A stretch of 64,000 nucleotides of DNA from Somniosus microcephalus. Lineage: Eukaryota. Every line of letters begins with the position of its first letter. The first letter of the stretch is position 1. Under the pieces are notes generated by a model. That model was not told the origin of the DNA. It was given only the letters and a program-made list of their open reading frames with translations, and did not search any database. Positions 36,679 through 50,282 of the stretch are shown here, one piece after another. The position numbers were made by a program, and so were the translations under genes. The stretch is from positions 28,644,001-28,708,000 of the forward strand of contig CM126224.1 in NCBI GenBank assembly GCA_052327205.1. The letters are read 5' to 3'.

Positions 36679-38540
36679 ATGGCTGATCAGAGGTCCAGAG
36701 AGCTCGCTCGCCCGCTCAGCGACCACGCTTTGGAGGCTCTGGTTGCGGCCGTGGAATGGCGACGGGCTGCGCTCTTCCCAGACACTGGCAGGAGGCCATT
36801 GCCACAGGCCTTGAGGAGGATGTGGAGGGAGATGGCCCAGGATGTGTCGGCCAGAGGTGTGGTCCACAGAACTCTCTTCCTAGTGACGGAAGAAGTTCAA
36901 TGACCACTCGGGTGGTCGGGTGAGAAGATGCTTCAAAAACCTCTACATGCCACCATCTCAACCTCCGTCTGTGCACACGCTGTATAAACCGCCACATCCC
37001 CAACACTCACCCACCAACCCTGCCCACCTACTAAAAGTGACACACACAGCTCACGCCTTGCATACATTAACAGCTGTTCAACTATGGTAGGCACATATGC
37101 CAAACACACAGCTGCACACTCACTCCCACCCTTTCCTTTTTCTTGGAGGCCAAGCTTGCTCACAACAGGAGGGATCGGGTACAAACGGGAGGAGTTGAGG
37201 TGGACCTGCACCCCCTTACAGACCTGGAGGAGCAAGTGGGCCGCATCATTGAGGCCCAGGTTGTGGGTGCTGTGGCCGTCGGAGACGTCGACCCCCTTGG
37301 GGACAACAACGGTATGTTCATCACCTCTCCCTCTTCTCTCATGCCACTTCCCCCTCACACCACAAGCCTTTCCCACTTTCTATCCAGGTATACTGTCTCC
37401 ATTCCTTGCTCCCTTCCTGCCCCCCTCCCCTGACCTTAACCCCACTCTTGTGCCTTTATGAAAGAAAAGAAAGACTTGCATTTATATAGTGCCTTTCACG
37501 ACCACCGGACACCTCAAAGCGCGTTACAGTCAATGAAGTACTTTTGAAGTGGAGTCACTGTTGTAATGCTTTCAGATAATCAGCCACCAGCTGTCCAGCC
37601 TGTCCCTCAGCATCCCAGTGGCAGCGATTCGGGAGAGGAGGAGGTAGAACAAGCCAGAGCCTTGCTGCCTGTGTCTCCCGAAGGCGCTAGGTCCGATAAT
37701 GGGGCAACGCGGTTGCTGGAGGGGAGCGTAGTACATGGGTCTGATGTGGGTGAAGCTCCGGGACCCAGCGGGCTGCAGCAACACCACAGGGAAAGGGAGG
37801 CTCGGGAGCCATCTCCCCGGAGGGTGAGTGCGCGCGAGTTCCGCTGCACAGGACTCCGATGAGGACCTCTGTGGAGGCGTTGACCAGGCGGGCGATGGAC
37901 ATGCACACCGAGCTCATGGGTGCAATGACGAGGGTGCCCGAGAGCATGGATGCACTGGCAAGGAGTGTGGAGTAGTCCGCCTCCAACATTGCACTCCGCT
38001 CTGCTCACAACATCGAGCCCATCCTTGACCCAGACCTCATGCCACGTGTCATGGGTGAGGTGGCAGCAGCTATTGCAGCACAAGCCGAAGCAACGCAACC
38101 GCTTAGTGCTCTAATGGAGTCAGTGGTTGGTGGCATGCAATCTCAGACTGCTCTCATGCAGTCTTGGATTGATGCCACGCAAGTGCTGACTGCTGCCATC
38201 GTCGCTGGGTCGCCCACAGTCCACCGGGGATCTCACGGTGCTGCAGCAGGCCAGCAGTCTGTGCTCGAGTAGATTGCTCCGGATGCTGAGGTTCTGCCCC
38301 AGAGTAGTGACAGTGTGTCAGTCGAGCAGGAAGGTGCTGTCCTCTCTCAGGATGACAGCATGGCTGCTCCCACCACTGCCACTCCGCCATTGCACTTGTC
38401 GCAGCCTTTCACCCTGCCATCCCAGACTGCTGCCGCCCATGCTGAGCAGGTGCTGTCTGCAGCTGGGCCTTCCAGGCCCAGAGCTGGTCGAGGGCGTCCT
38501 GCAAGGCCATCTGCAGTCTCTGGCTCCCAGACTCCGTAGC
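36679..38540 (+). pseudogene. Harbinger Myb/SANT-like DNA-binding protein gene, spliced and disrupted
   Basis: MADQ..RPLSDHALEALVAAVEWRRAALFP..RRMWREMAQDVSA..RT..KKFND, then AKLAHNRRDRVQTGG..LTDLEEQV. Probable introns at ~36919-37149 and ~37313-37575. Confidence 0.75.
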
Positions 38541-38929
38541 CTTGCTGCAGCCACTGGGGCCACATTACGGAGGAGCAGTATTGTTGGGAGGAGGGGAACT
38601 CAAAAGGGGAGGGAAATAATTGAAGAAGGGGGAGTAAAGAATACTTTAGTAGCAAATGGGGGTAGTGTGTGTTAATAAATATATTGTGTTTGTGAACAAA
38701 TAGTTATGCTTATAAATAAATATTTGTGTTTAGTAACATAGTTCAGTTTGAGAGAGCGTTGTGTTTGTTGATAAATGCTTGTTTATGAATAGTTGTGTTT
38801 CATAAGAGAGAGTTGTGTTCGATAAATTGTTAATTTGACATTGCACATTTTGTGATGTTTCTCATTTGATGGGGGCTGCGAACTGGATGTAATGATGTGA
38901 TTGTGCTGCGCAAACGCCATGTGATATAT

Positions 38930-40038
38930 CATTGATTGGAAGTGGTGTCTAATGAGGCGCTCACGATCAGCCCTTGCAGAAGCAAGCTCGAGTGGCTCCC
39001 TCCTCCATTGTTGTTGCTCCTCCTTCCTCTTCCTCCTCTCTTCCTCCTCCCCGAGGTGGACCTGCAATCCCTGGTTGCAGTGGTTGGGCCCTCAGAATGG
39101 CCAGGTTGTGCAAGATGCAGCAAACAACGATGAAAAGGGAGACTCGATCAGGGGAGCACTGCAGGGCTCCTCCAGAGCGGTCATGGTAGCGGAACCGTTG
39201 CTTTAGGACCCCGATAGTTGTTCGATCAGGTTCCTGGTGGCGCTATGGCTGTCATTGTATGTGTGCTGAGCAGGAGTGTTGGGGTTGCGGAGGGGTGTCA
39301 TCAGCCAGGTGGCGAGTGGATAACCCTTGTCTCCGAGCAGCCAGCCGCGAGCTTCATGTGGTGGGTGGAACAGTGCTGGGACACCAGTCTGTCGCAGGAT
39401 GACTTCATCCTCACCACGATACATTGTCTGTGGTCGCACACCAACTGAATGTTCAGAGTGTGGTAGCTTTTGTGGTTACGGAACACCTCTGCATTGTGAT
39501 GAGGTGCCCACAATGCCATGTGGATGCAGTCAATGGTGCCCTGAACCATGGGGAATCCCGCTATCCTTGCAAAGCCCCATGAGCATTTGTCCTGCTTCTC
39601 TCTGGTGATGGGGAATGAGATGTACTCCCTTCTCCTTCTGTCGAGAGCGTCTGTTACCTCCTGGTTGCAGCAATGGACGGCGAACTGCGAAATTTTTGCA
39701 ATATCCCTTGTTGAAGCCTGGAAGGAGCCACTGGCATAGAAATTGAGAGCGACTGAGCTTAACTGCCACTGAGAGAGACGTCTTGGTCCTGAGCTGAGGC
39801 TGGAGCTCTGGCTGCAGGAGGTGGTGGAGCTCTGTGACCACCTCCTTGCTGAAGCGGAGCCTTCTGAGAGATGAATGTAGGAGAATTGCTCCCGGAATAC
39901 CCTGGGAGGGTCAGGCCTCCTGTTGTGAGGTCTGTCGGCCCTCCTCCCTCAGGCCACATTTGGCAATCTCGGTCTCTGCGTCCATTGCCTCCGACGTAGT
40001 TGCCGGAGGGCAAGGTGAAGTGCCAGCACAGCCCCCAT
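38930..40038 (-). pseudogene. Harbinger (HARBI1-like) DDE transposase, frameshifted
   Basis: Peptides VQGTIDCIH, FRNHKSYHTLNIQLVCDH, WLLGDKGYPLATWLMTP, YNDSHSATRNLIEQ. Confidence 0.9.
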
Positions 40039-40867
40039 AAATGAGAGAAGAGAGGACATAAAAATGTTCAGAGCAATACAAATGATGAAACTGTTAGAGC
40101 AGCAGCAAAGCAAACATGGAGAAAATGTGAACGCAACCAAAATGCTATCTGACAAGCCAGCAATAAATCTGACCTCCCAATGAACCGGTAAGTGATCCCT
40201 TTAAATAGCGCCCCAGGAGCGGCAGTCCCAACGCCTGCTGTTTCTGCCGTTCTCAGCGTCGGGTGGTAAGTTGGGCAGCGACTGAATTTCGCATCCGGGG
40301 CACTAACAGGTCATTGCACACTCGCTGATGTCATGGTCTGAGCGGCTCTAGAGGGCCAGACACTAAGTGTTAGCGCTGGCTCTAAATGCCGACTGAATTT
40401 CACGGGCGGCTTTGGAATCATCGATAAGCCCTTAGTGCCCAACAGGAGGTGTTAAGGTACCGAATTTCTAGCCCCTTATTTCTTCTCAATAAAGAAAACC
40501 TGTTAAGTTTATAACATATCATGGCTACCCTGTGTAAAGTTTCTTTTAAGGATACAGTGTAGCAATCAGTATGTCCACTCCTAGCACTATAAGTGCTAAT
40601 ATGTTAAAGTCTAGCCAGTATTACATACTACCCCATCTTCAACTGTCCTGTTACTGGCCATATAAATTAGAATCTCTTTCATTTTGGTTTTATCTTCACA
40701 GTATTGTGCATCTACACTTCTGCTCATCTAACATTATTCATGCAACTGCTATGTATGAGTGACACGTTTATTTATGTAGCGATAACATGCAGGTATAGTT
40801 TTTTAAAAATCTGTCTGCACTCACTGAAAGGCAGACTATTTAATATGTTGAATCGAAATACTTCAAC

Positions 40868-41239
40868 TTTTGAAAGTTGAAGGCTTTGGTGGTAAAAATA
40901 TTTTATTTTGAACATCTTTTATCCATGCACACTGGCACGGGAGATCCACTAGTTTGTACTGGGGGAAAATCATCTTGGGATTTCGATTATTTTTAAGAGA
41001 CGCAAACTTTGCTATTGTGTTTGAGATTTCCCAATTTCATGAATCAGATGACTTCCCTTGTAACCACGCGCAGGTATCCGATATTCACTAATTGTATTCA
41101 TTGAGACACCCGTGGGCCTCCGTACAATCTATCAATCTTCGAATCGAAGTTCGAAAAAGATGTAGAGTTTGAAATACATGGTTAATTATGAATATTTTGT
41201 TTTGTATATTTTTACCACCAAATACTTCAACTTTCAAAA
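40868..41239. repeat. Unclassified element with 34-bp terminal inverted repeats
   Basis: ttttgaaagttgaaggctttggtggtaaaaatat (40868-40901) matches the reverse complement of 41206-41239 at 32/34 positions. Confidence 0.6.
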
Positions 41240-42999
41240 TAATTACGATTTACTGACATCTCCCTGAATGTTTTTCTTCTGTAAAAACCCAATCTGTTCT
41301 TGTTTGAAGGCCTCTCCTCTGCCAGTCAGGGCAGCATTCAGATGAGCTGCACCCAGCCTTTTGCCATTGTTAATCCAAAATTTAAAGTTGGATTTGTTGA
41401 TTCTAAATATAATCAATAGCAACATTATCCTTTGCTGGCTTTTTGCATCTCCTCTGCTATGTTTGCTACATTTTGAGGCAATACTTATTTTTCTACAGAT
41501 AGAAATGTAATGCTTGCTTTACAACGTATTTCAGAAAATACTCAGCCTCTGGGATTGAAAATATCATTTAAATTAATTGTACAAGTCAGCAAGAAAAAAG
41601 AGTAACTACTGCCCTTAAACTACTTTTGTATTGTACTGCTCCTTTTTGCAAAGCACAGTGCTGATAATTAAAATGCATTGAAAGAGCAGAGAAAACCCAT
41701 CACATGGTCCATAGTCTCTGCTGAAGGCAGGTCTTGCAAGAGGGTAGAGATCATACCAGGAAGCTGTACAGCTAGAAACATTTCTAATTTAGCAGCAGCA
41801 CCTTAATGACTGTGGGTTCATAAAAGTGAAATATGGTCTGATTCTCTCTTACAACATCCTGCGCTATGATGAACGTAACACAGTTCACCTTATTCATACA
41901 ATGACTTGTGCTGCCTTGGTAATGTGGCTTAGGTGGTACGGTGACATAATCATGCTTCTATTGATTTAAGTAGCCACTTAAAACTGTTTGGCTTTTGTGC
42001 AGAACAAATCTTGAAAACACATATGTTTGTTCATTTCACTGCATTATTGACTGTTGTCACTTTGAGTATGTTAGTAGCCCACTTGTGTCACCAGTATGCC
42101 CCTGTGTTCTAGGCAGTAGGAGCTGCTGCAACAGCTGTTGGGGCAGCCTTATTAACTTAAATCATTTGCTTGGGCTTTTAGAGTTTAGGCCCATCATGCT
42201 AGCACTTAACTTGCACTGATTCTTAACAGGAAATGTAGACATCAGGATAGATTCATTAAAATTTTCTTGATGCAGCCTGTATAACTCACATTCCCAAGTA
42301 GTTATTGTAGTAACTGCACGACAGTACTATTGAATAATGACCTGGCAAATATCGCCAGGTTTTAACATTATCTCCATTTTAAATTTAAACACTGAACTTT
42401 TCAAATGCTATAAAACAAAATCCTGTTCAGAATCTTAACACTGAACTTGTCAAACCAAAGCATGTTTGTGGTGCTGATTGAGTGGTACAAATACCAGACT
42501 TGTACTGTGCTGCTATTGCAGGCACTGGTACTGAACTTGAACTGGCGAGACTCTTTCAACTCGTCATAATTTAACTCCATACAGAGCTACTTCCAGGGTT
42601 CTTGGGCATTCATTTCAGCAACCCCATTGCTGATCTGACTTTCTACCTTAAAACATTTGATAAAGATGGTGACGTTAAAATTTATGCAAGCTTCAAGCAC
42701 TAAATAATTCTGATGTCAAAATGTCTCTGATTTTAGTTGAAAATAATCAAGTATTGTGCCAAACATAACTGGAAACTAGCTGAAAACAGCTCACTATTGG
42801 AGCATGAAAGCTTAAGCAAGGAGGGAACATTCCCTGTTTAGAACAGTTTTTGTTACAAGAAAAGTTATGGATAGGTGGAGGCTTTGGAGGTAAATGTAAT
42901 GCTGTCAGCAATCCCAAGGGCCAATGCACCAGTTTGGTGTGAAAAAAGGAGGCTGGGCAATCGAGTATTGTTGGTGCAACTGAGTGAAAAGGATCCAGG

Positions 43000-45570
43000 C
43001 AAGTGGAGCATGTCCCATCACACTCCTGACTTGTAGGTGGTAGAGGGGCTTTGGGGAGTTAGGATATGAGTCACTTGTCACAGAATACCCAGCCTCCGAC
43101 CTGCTCTCGTAGCCACGGCATATATGTGGGTGGTCCAGTTGAGTTTCTGGTCACTGGTGATCTCCAGGATGTTTATGGTGGGGGACTCGGCAATGGTAAT
43201 GCCATTGAATGTCAAGGGGAGTTGGTTATGCTCTCTTGTTGGCGATGGTCATTGCCTGACACTTGTGTGGTGCGAATGTTACTTGTCACGTCAGCTCAAG
43301 TCTGGACGGTGTCCAGGTTTTGCTGCATGTCGGCATGAACTGCTTCATTATCTGAGAAATTGCAAATGGAACTGAACACTGCAATCATCAGCAAACAGCC
43401 CCACTTCTGACCATATGATGGAGGGAAGGACATTGAGGAAGCAGCTGAAGATAGTTGGGTTTAGGGCACTGCTCTGAGAAACTCCTGCAAGATGAAATGA
43501 TTGGTCTCCCACAAATACAACCATCTTCCTTCGTGCCAGGTGTGACTCCAGCCACTGGAGAGTTTTCCCTCTGATCCACATTGACTTCAGTTTTACTAGG
43601 GCTCCTTGATGCCACACTCTGTCAAAAGCTACCTTGATGCCAAGGGCAGTCACTCTCAGCTCACCTCTGAAAATTAGCTCTTGTGTCCATGTTTGGACCA
43701 AGGCTGTAATGAGGTCCGGAGCAGTGGCTCTGGCAGGGCCCAAATTGAGCATTGGTGAACAGGTTATTGGTGAGTACGTGCCACTTGACGACTCCTTTTA
43801 TCAGTTTGCTGATGATTGGGAATGGCAATTGGCGGTGATGGATTTGTCCTGCTTTTTGCGAACAGGACGTACCTGGGCAATTTTCCACATTGTCTGGTAG
43901 AGGCCAGTGTTGTAGCTCTACTGGAAGAGCTTAGTTAAGTTCTGGAGCACAGGTCTTCAGCACTACAGCTGGGATGTTGTCAGGGCCGATAGCATTTGTT
44001 GTGTCTAGTGCATTGAGCTGTTTCTTGATGTCACGTGGAGTGAATTGAATTGGCTGAAGACTGGCTTCTTTGATGGTTGGGACCTCATGATGTAGCCAAG
44101 AAGGATTATCAACTTGGCACTTCGGCTGAAGATGGCGTGAATACTTCAGCCTTGTCTTTTGCAGTCACGTGCTGGACTCCGCCAGCATTGAGGATGTGGA
44201 TGTTGATGGAGCCTCCTCCTCCGGTTAGTTGCTGAATTCTCCACCATTTGCGACTGGATGTGGGAGGACTGCAGAGCTTTGACATGATCCATTGATTGTG
44301 GGATCACTTAGCTCTGTCTATAACATGCTGCTTCTGCTATTTAGCAAGCATGTAGTCCTGTGTTGTAGCTTCACGAGGTTGGCACCTGATTTTCAGGTAC
44401 GCCTAGTGCTGCTTCCGGCATGCTCTTCTACACTCCTCATCGAACCAGAATTGGTTATCTGGCTTGATGGTGATCGAGGAGTGAGAGATATGCCAGGCCA
44501 TAAAGTTACAGATTGTGGCATATATAGTTCTGATGGATCCCCAGTTTTAAGCTGCTAGATTTGTTTTTAATCTGTCCCACGTAGCACGGTAGTAGTGCCA
44601 CACGATGGATGGTGTCCTCGGTGTGAAATCAGGCCTTGATCTTCACGAGGACTGTACATTGGTCACTCCTACCGATGCTGTCATGGACAGATGCACCTGT
44701 GACCAATGTTCACTTTAATTTTTTTTGGGTGCGCGGCCCATTCAAAATACCATGCATGCGCTGTTTCTCCTATTTAAAAGCCGGTGAGCCGGCTGCATGG
44801 GAGCTGCAGAGCGCTGCGCGGCTTAAAGGGAACATTGCCTGTCACAGATTGATTGGTGTAGATGAGGTTAAGTAGGTTATTCCCTCATGTTGGTTCTCTT
44901 ACCACCTGCTGCAAGCCCAGTCTGGTAGCTATGTTCTTCAGGGCTCAGTCAGTGGTGGTACGACCAGGCCACTCTTGATGATGAACATTGAAGTCCCACC
45001 CAGAATACATTCTGTGCCTTTGCTCCCTCGAAGTGGTGTACAGCGTGAGGAGGTAATGATTCAGCTGAGGGAGGATGTTGGGTAGTAATCAGCAGGAAGT
45101 TTCCTTGCCAACGTTTGACTTGAAGCCATGAGACTTCATGGGGTCTGGAGTCAATGTTGAGGATTCCCAGGGCCACCCCGACTGTGTTCCACTGTTTCCC
45201 CCACCTTTTTGGGGGTCTGTCCAGCCAGTTTTTCTAACTCTCTGATCTCTCTGACCGATCTTAGCCGCCAATGTGGCTGACTCTTAACTGCCCTCTGAAG
45301 TGAGCTAGCAAGTCACTTCGTTCTATGAAACCACGAGGAAGCAACAAAAGAATAAAATTGGATGGTCCATTCGGCTGCCACCTTGGCATAGATTCAGGAC
45401 ACGAGAAAGGCACCCAGCCCTGCTTACTAACATCTGGGAACTGCTGCCAAAGTTGTGACAGCTATCTCACAGACAAGTCAAGCAACAGTCTAGCATAGTC
45501 ATAATTGGAGAACTATACCAATGAGCCAGACTCCTCCTCCACCATCCCTGGGTATGTCTTGGCCCACCCA
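43000..45570 (-). mobile_element. Decayed CR1-group LINE ORF2 (endonuclease through RT)
   Basis: APDLITALVQTW..RVTALGIKVAFDRVWHQGALVKL..GLFADD on the minus strand, with endonuclease-like remnants near 45000-45500. Confidence 0.75.
44704..44837. mobile_element. 134-bp hAT-type MITE nested in the LINE
   Basis: TIRs caatgttc(a/c)ctttaa and an 8-bp TSD cctgtgac/cctgtcac with one mismatch. Confidence 0.7.
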
Positions 45571-45574
45571 CATT

Positions 45575-45820
45575 GGTGGTTGACTGGAGTTACATATCGG
45601 CCAGACCGGGTAACGCTGGCAGGTTTCCTTCTCTAATGAGCGTTCGTGAACCAGTTGGGTTTTTAAGACAATCCGACAGCTTCATAGTCAATTTTACTGG
45701 TACATTTTCTTGATTCTGTTTTTTTTCTCAAACTGCCATTGTGTGATTTGAACTTTCATTCATTCATTCATTCATTCTCTGGATTACTAGCCCAGTAACC
45801 GAGCCAATAACATACCATAC
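45575..45820 (-). mobile_element. tRNA-derived SINE fragment
   Basis: B-box-like gttcaaatc on the minus strand, plus a body (ggccagaccgggtaa..cgtgaaccagttggg) I recognise as a shark SINE. Confidence 0.5.
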
Positions 45821-47544
45821 ATTTATGGAAAAATGTAATGCTATACACTTTTATCATAGGTTTAACTAAAAAATAAAGGCATATGCTTCAGCTTTATCTG
45901 ACCGATCTGTACTTTCTGTAGACTGTGACACAAACAAATCCCAATTCCTTCATTTCAAAACTACCAGTGACTTAAAAAAAAGGCTTAAAAAGTGACCCTC
46001 GATGAATGCAGGGGTTTGATATTGCAAGATTCTCTTGCATACAGTTTCGGAGCCTATTTACGCTATAACTCCCTAGACTGAATAGCATAAGCAGACTTGA
46101 TAAATGAAACAATTGTCAGCTAGTAAACATGGCGTAGTATTCCCTGTTTAATAACCCTCTTAGAGACAGTCGTGTTGCTTCTACTTTCATTTGTTTCGAG
46201 CACTGAGAAGTCTTCCTGTATCAGCACAGAAGATTGCATGAAACTACTTCTATCAGCCACTCATTCAGTATATTATTTTTCTGACATAGCCTTTGGTTTG
46301 AATAGCTACTGTGCAAATGCAGTTTTATCTGGATGAAAGGATATGGCAGCTGGAATCTCAGTAGCTGTGTCTATCTTGTACATTGGGAGGCCTTGATTCA
46401 AGTTTATCTAAACAAGCACTACTAATCCCAACTATCTGGGGGGATCCACTGTCAAAACAAGCAGCAGGGCCCTAAGGCAAACAGAACAGGCAAGAAATGA
46501 AGGCTGGGACTTGGGATACTCCAGTGAGTTTGCATTTGAGGCTAGCCGGAGAGATTGAGTGAGTAAGAGACGGAGAATTAGCATAATGCCCTTTCATTGG
46601 GAAATTTGGGAATGCTGACAGCGGCCCTGTGCATAGATCTGTGGTTACAATACAGTGAGTCTATAGGAAAATCATTGAATGACCCAGCCATATTGGCTGA
46701 GAAAATAAAAGGACTAAGTACTGATTGAGAGAAAGGAAGGACAGACTGCAGCATTGTTTGACATCTGCTCTACTTCTCGCTAGTTTTGTTCCCTTGAATT
46801 CTATGTGGACTTTGGAGAAACCTAAGAAGGCTGAACATGAATCCTGTAATCTTCAGCTGAATATTTATGCAGTGGGACAGCAGTTAAGCTACCCTTTGGT
46901 TCAGCCTACTTCTCTTTCATTGTTACACACTCAAATTAGGGAAGCATTTCAAAAGCTAAATAAATGTTTGTTTGTCTGTGAACAGTTAAACAGATTTGCA
47001 TAAATTGTTTGGAGTTTGTCAAATTACTCTCTCCCCCCCCCCCCCCCCCCCCCCCCTTTCCTTTACACTAGATTTGGAAATATTCAGGGAAGAAATTGTG
47101 GCTCCTACTTTGCAAAACCTGATTTGTGCATGGACAAATATTGATTGATTCAAGCCCTTGCAGTGTCAGCTTTGAAGAGAGCTGATAGCTGGGTAAAAGA
47201 GTTTTCAAAGATTGTGTAAAAGACCTGTCAGGAGAAGGTCACAGATGGTGAATGCATGTAGGCATATTGGCATTTGAACAGACATTATGAATCAAAGCAA
47301 AATTTTCTGTACAATGTTTAATATTCTGAACTCTTTGAACACATCATCAATCCAAAAATGGATTCTGTCTCCGCTTTATTTGTTACAAAAAGTGATCAGA
47401 AATTTTACTGAACATTGAAATCTGAGTATGAATGTACTTTACATTGTCAATAACAGTAAACGTGTACACTAGGGAGCAACAAAATCATACGAATAAAAAT
47501 TAAAATTGTATGCTGATTGAGTAATAGTGAGTTTGTGCACTAGC

Positions 47545-47860
47545 CTTTCACCTGTGTAACCTGAGACCTCTGCGTTTCTCCAACTCTGGCCTCTTTCGCA
47601 TCCCCTGTTCTGTTCGCCCCACCATTGGCGGCTGTGCCTTCAACCATCTAGGCCCAAAGCTCTGGAAATCCCCTCCTTAAACCTCTCCACCGTGCTCTCC
47701 ACTGAGATGCTCCTTAAAACCTACCTCTTTGATCAAGCTTTTAGTCACCTCTCCGAGTATCTCCTTTGGCTCGGTATCAACGTTTGTCCAATTCTGCTCC
47801 TGTAAAGTGCCGTGGGACATTTTCCTGTGTTAAAGGCACGATATAAAATACAAGGTGTTC
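47545..47860 (+). mobile_element. L2 3' end fragment
   Basis: ctctggaaatccc..ctccttaaaacctacctctttgatcaagctttt..aaggcacgatataaatacaag. Confidence 0.65.
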
Positions 47861-49651
47861 TTGAGTTAGAATCCAACTCTGGTTGATGGAATGAACGTCC
47901 CTCTGTCACAGATCACAGAAACCCCACAGTGCAGATAGAGGCCATTTCGGCCCATCGAGCCTGCACCGACACATATCCGACTGGAGGGTTGCTAAGTTAA
48001 TAGCTTTTGGCTTTTTCAACCATTGTCCTTGTGGGTATAGGCCTATATCACAATACCGCCTATAATTTGGCACTAAATTCGCAGTCTTGGAGAGATCTTA
48101 AGATGGCTGATGTAGGAAATGGAAAAGAAATCGCATTGGTGCAGCGATGGCACTTTTGTAAGGATTAGGTTAAAGCACATTATTTGCCAAAGGAAACTTT
48201 ACTCTGTATCTGGCTGTGACCTGGGAGGCTGAATGCCAGCACTGGGTGCTCGAAATTTACCATCGCTGACATCTTGTGCCTTAATGAGTAAAAACATTAC
48301 ATGTTAGAAATGATGTATTTTAAAGCTACTGTTCAAAGTGCCACTTGGATACAGGCAGAGTTTTTTTTTCTGTACGCATGAAATTAGTAAAGGCAAATGA
48401 AACTCTTCCCTGCCACTTCTCAAAAAGGATAAATGCTGCTGCCTTTATTATGTGGTTACTCTCCCTAACATTTGGGTAACAAGTCTTCCTAATCCGTGAA
48501 CCATGCTTGAAAGAGTTTATTTTAAAAGATTAACAAAAAGCCTCTATCACCTCACTTTGACTGTCCGTAAGTGATTGACGTGAAAATGTTTCCAGGCGGC
48601 AACCTGACTACGTTAAATTTGAAAGGAAACTCAATCTGAGTTGTGATCTATTTTGTTAATGGCGGCACTCTCTTCCTGTACAATGACAGAGATGGTGGAG
48701 CTTCCACAGTTTTTTTTTCTCCATTGGTCTGCTTTCTCACAATTTATTCATTTTGTAGTTGGAAAAATCCTTTTTTTAAAAACCCAAAAACAAACTGCTG
48801 TTATTGTAGTAACAGTCCTGCAGCTTTGTGTAGTAACTAAATGATCAGTGAACAGAGTAAAGAGGTCATTATTGTCTTTTGGGGTCATATAAAGATCTTA
48901 CTTTCCTTCACTATTTCCATGCAGGTAAATTATTTTGCAACATTATAATGTAATTTTGAAGATTTTTTTAAAGCTGTATGTGTGGAATTCCCCTCCCCCC
49001 CCCCCCCCCCCCAAAAAAAAAAATTGTATAGATTATGTTTCAAATTTGTAACTGATTTTTATGAGGATAGGTTTTATCTGATTGGTGTGTATTTATTCTA
49101 AAAATACATTCTGTATGTTAATAATCACAAAGCTTTATAGGTATGTGGACTAAGGCAAAGAAAGGACAGATTGAAGACAGTTATTAGCAAGCCTTCAATA
49201 CACTTCTGCCCTCTTACTTCTGTGTTTACAATGTCATTAAGGTACAAGTCAGAAATGCTGTCTTGACGCAGTTTCAGTCACAACTGTGAAACCAAAATCC
49301 CATGGGGAGCCTTAAAGTGCAGAGAATTCAGCAAGGGCCCATTATCCACAGTTTCTGTTTATGTTATAAAGAAAGTGAGACTTTGGGGAATCTTACCGCT
49401 CCCCATTCCCCCCCTTAGTGTAATGACCAAGTCAGACTTGAAGGACTTGATGGTAGAAAAGCTGTTGCCTGGTGTGTGAATCATGAGCATTTCAACTGCG
49501 ATTAAGGGCAAAAAGGCAAAATTCAACCTTTGAGGCAACAGAGATTCGTAAAGATCCAATTTTAATAGCACAGTGTATCTTTAGTCAGCCAATATCATGG
49601 AATATTTACTACTGTTTTCAGTTTTGTTTTGAACATTTTTAATACTATTGG

Positions 49652-49867
49652 AGTCATAGAGTTATACAGCACAGAAAGAGGCCCTTCGGCCCATCGTGTC
49701 CGTGCCGGCCATCAAGCCCTGTCTATTCTAATCCCATTTTCCAGCACTTGGTCCGTAGCCTTGTATGCTATGGCGTTCCAAGTGCTCATCTAAATGCTTC
49801 TTGAATGTTGTGAGGGTTCCTGCCTCTACCACCCTTTCAGGCAGTGAGTTCCAGATTCCATCCACCC
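49652..49867 (-). mobile_element. CR1 3' end, near-identical to 32227-32440
   Basis: Direct sequence comparison shows only a few substitutions. Confidence 0.88.
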
Positions 49868-50282
49868 TGCTTCACTTATGCTTTGGTAAGAACCATTCTA
49901 ACCACTCTTTTAGAAACCTGAATCAGCAGAAGGCAATTGTATATGGATGATGAAGTGATTCGGTTCAGATAGCTCGTTCTTCCTAACTCCTTAGACTCCA
50001 TATATAGTGGATGTTTATTCCATGCAGTTGGGAAATCACATGGATATCTACCTTTTTAAGAGACCTTTTCCATCTAGAGCACGTGTACACCCACCCCTGT
50101 CCCCATCTTGATTTATTTTGTGTCAGTGATTGGGAAGAATCTTATGGTTTGTTCACACTAGAGGAGAGATGAGGTGCAGATCCCAAGGTTTGAAGGGCTG
50201 AATGGCCTACTCCTGTTCCTAATGTTGATAGATGAGCCCTTAATGTGCTGTTTTCAGGAAGTTGACCCACGAATCTGTTTTC

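Larger units (their letters stand above)
36560..40475. mobile_element. Decayed autonomous-type PIF/Harbinger transposon with convergent Myb/SANT and transposase genes; left TIR not found
   Basis: Right TIR cgaatttctagcccc (40461-40475) followed by TTA. Two convergent pseudogenes. Confidence 0.85.

Noticed and set aside
38930-40038. Domesticated HARBI1 host gene
   Set aside because: Multiple frameshifts and stops, a TIR, and a paired Myb gene show it is a decayed transposon.
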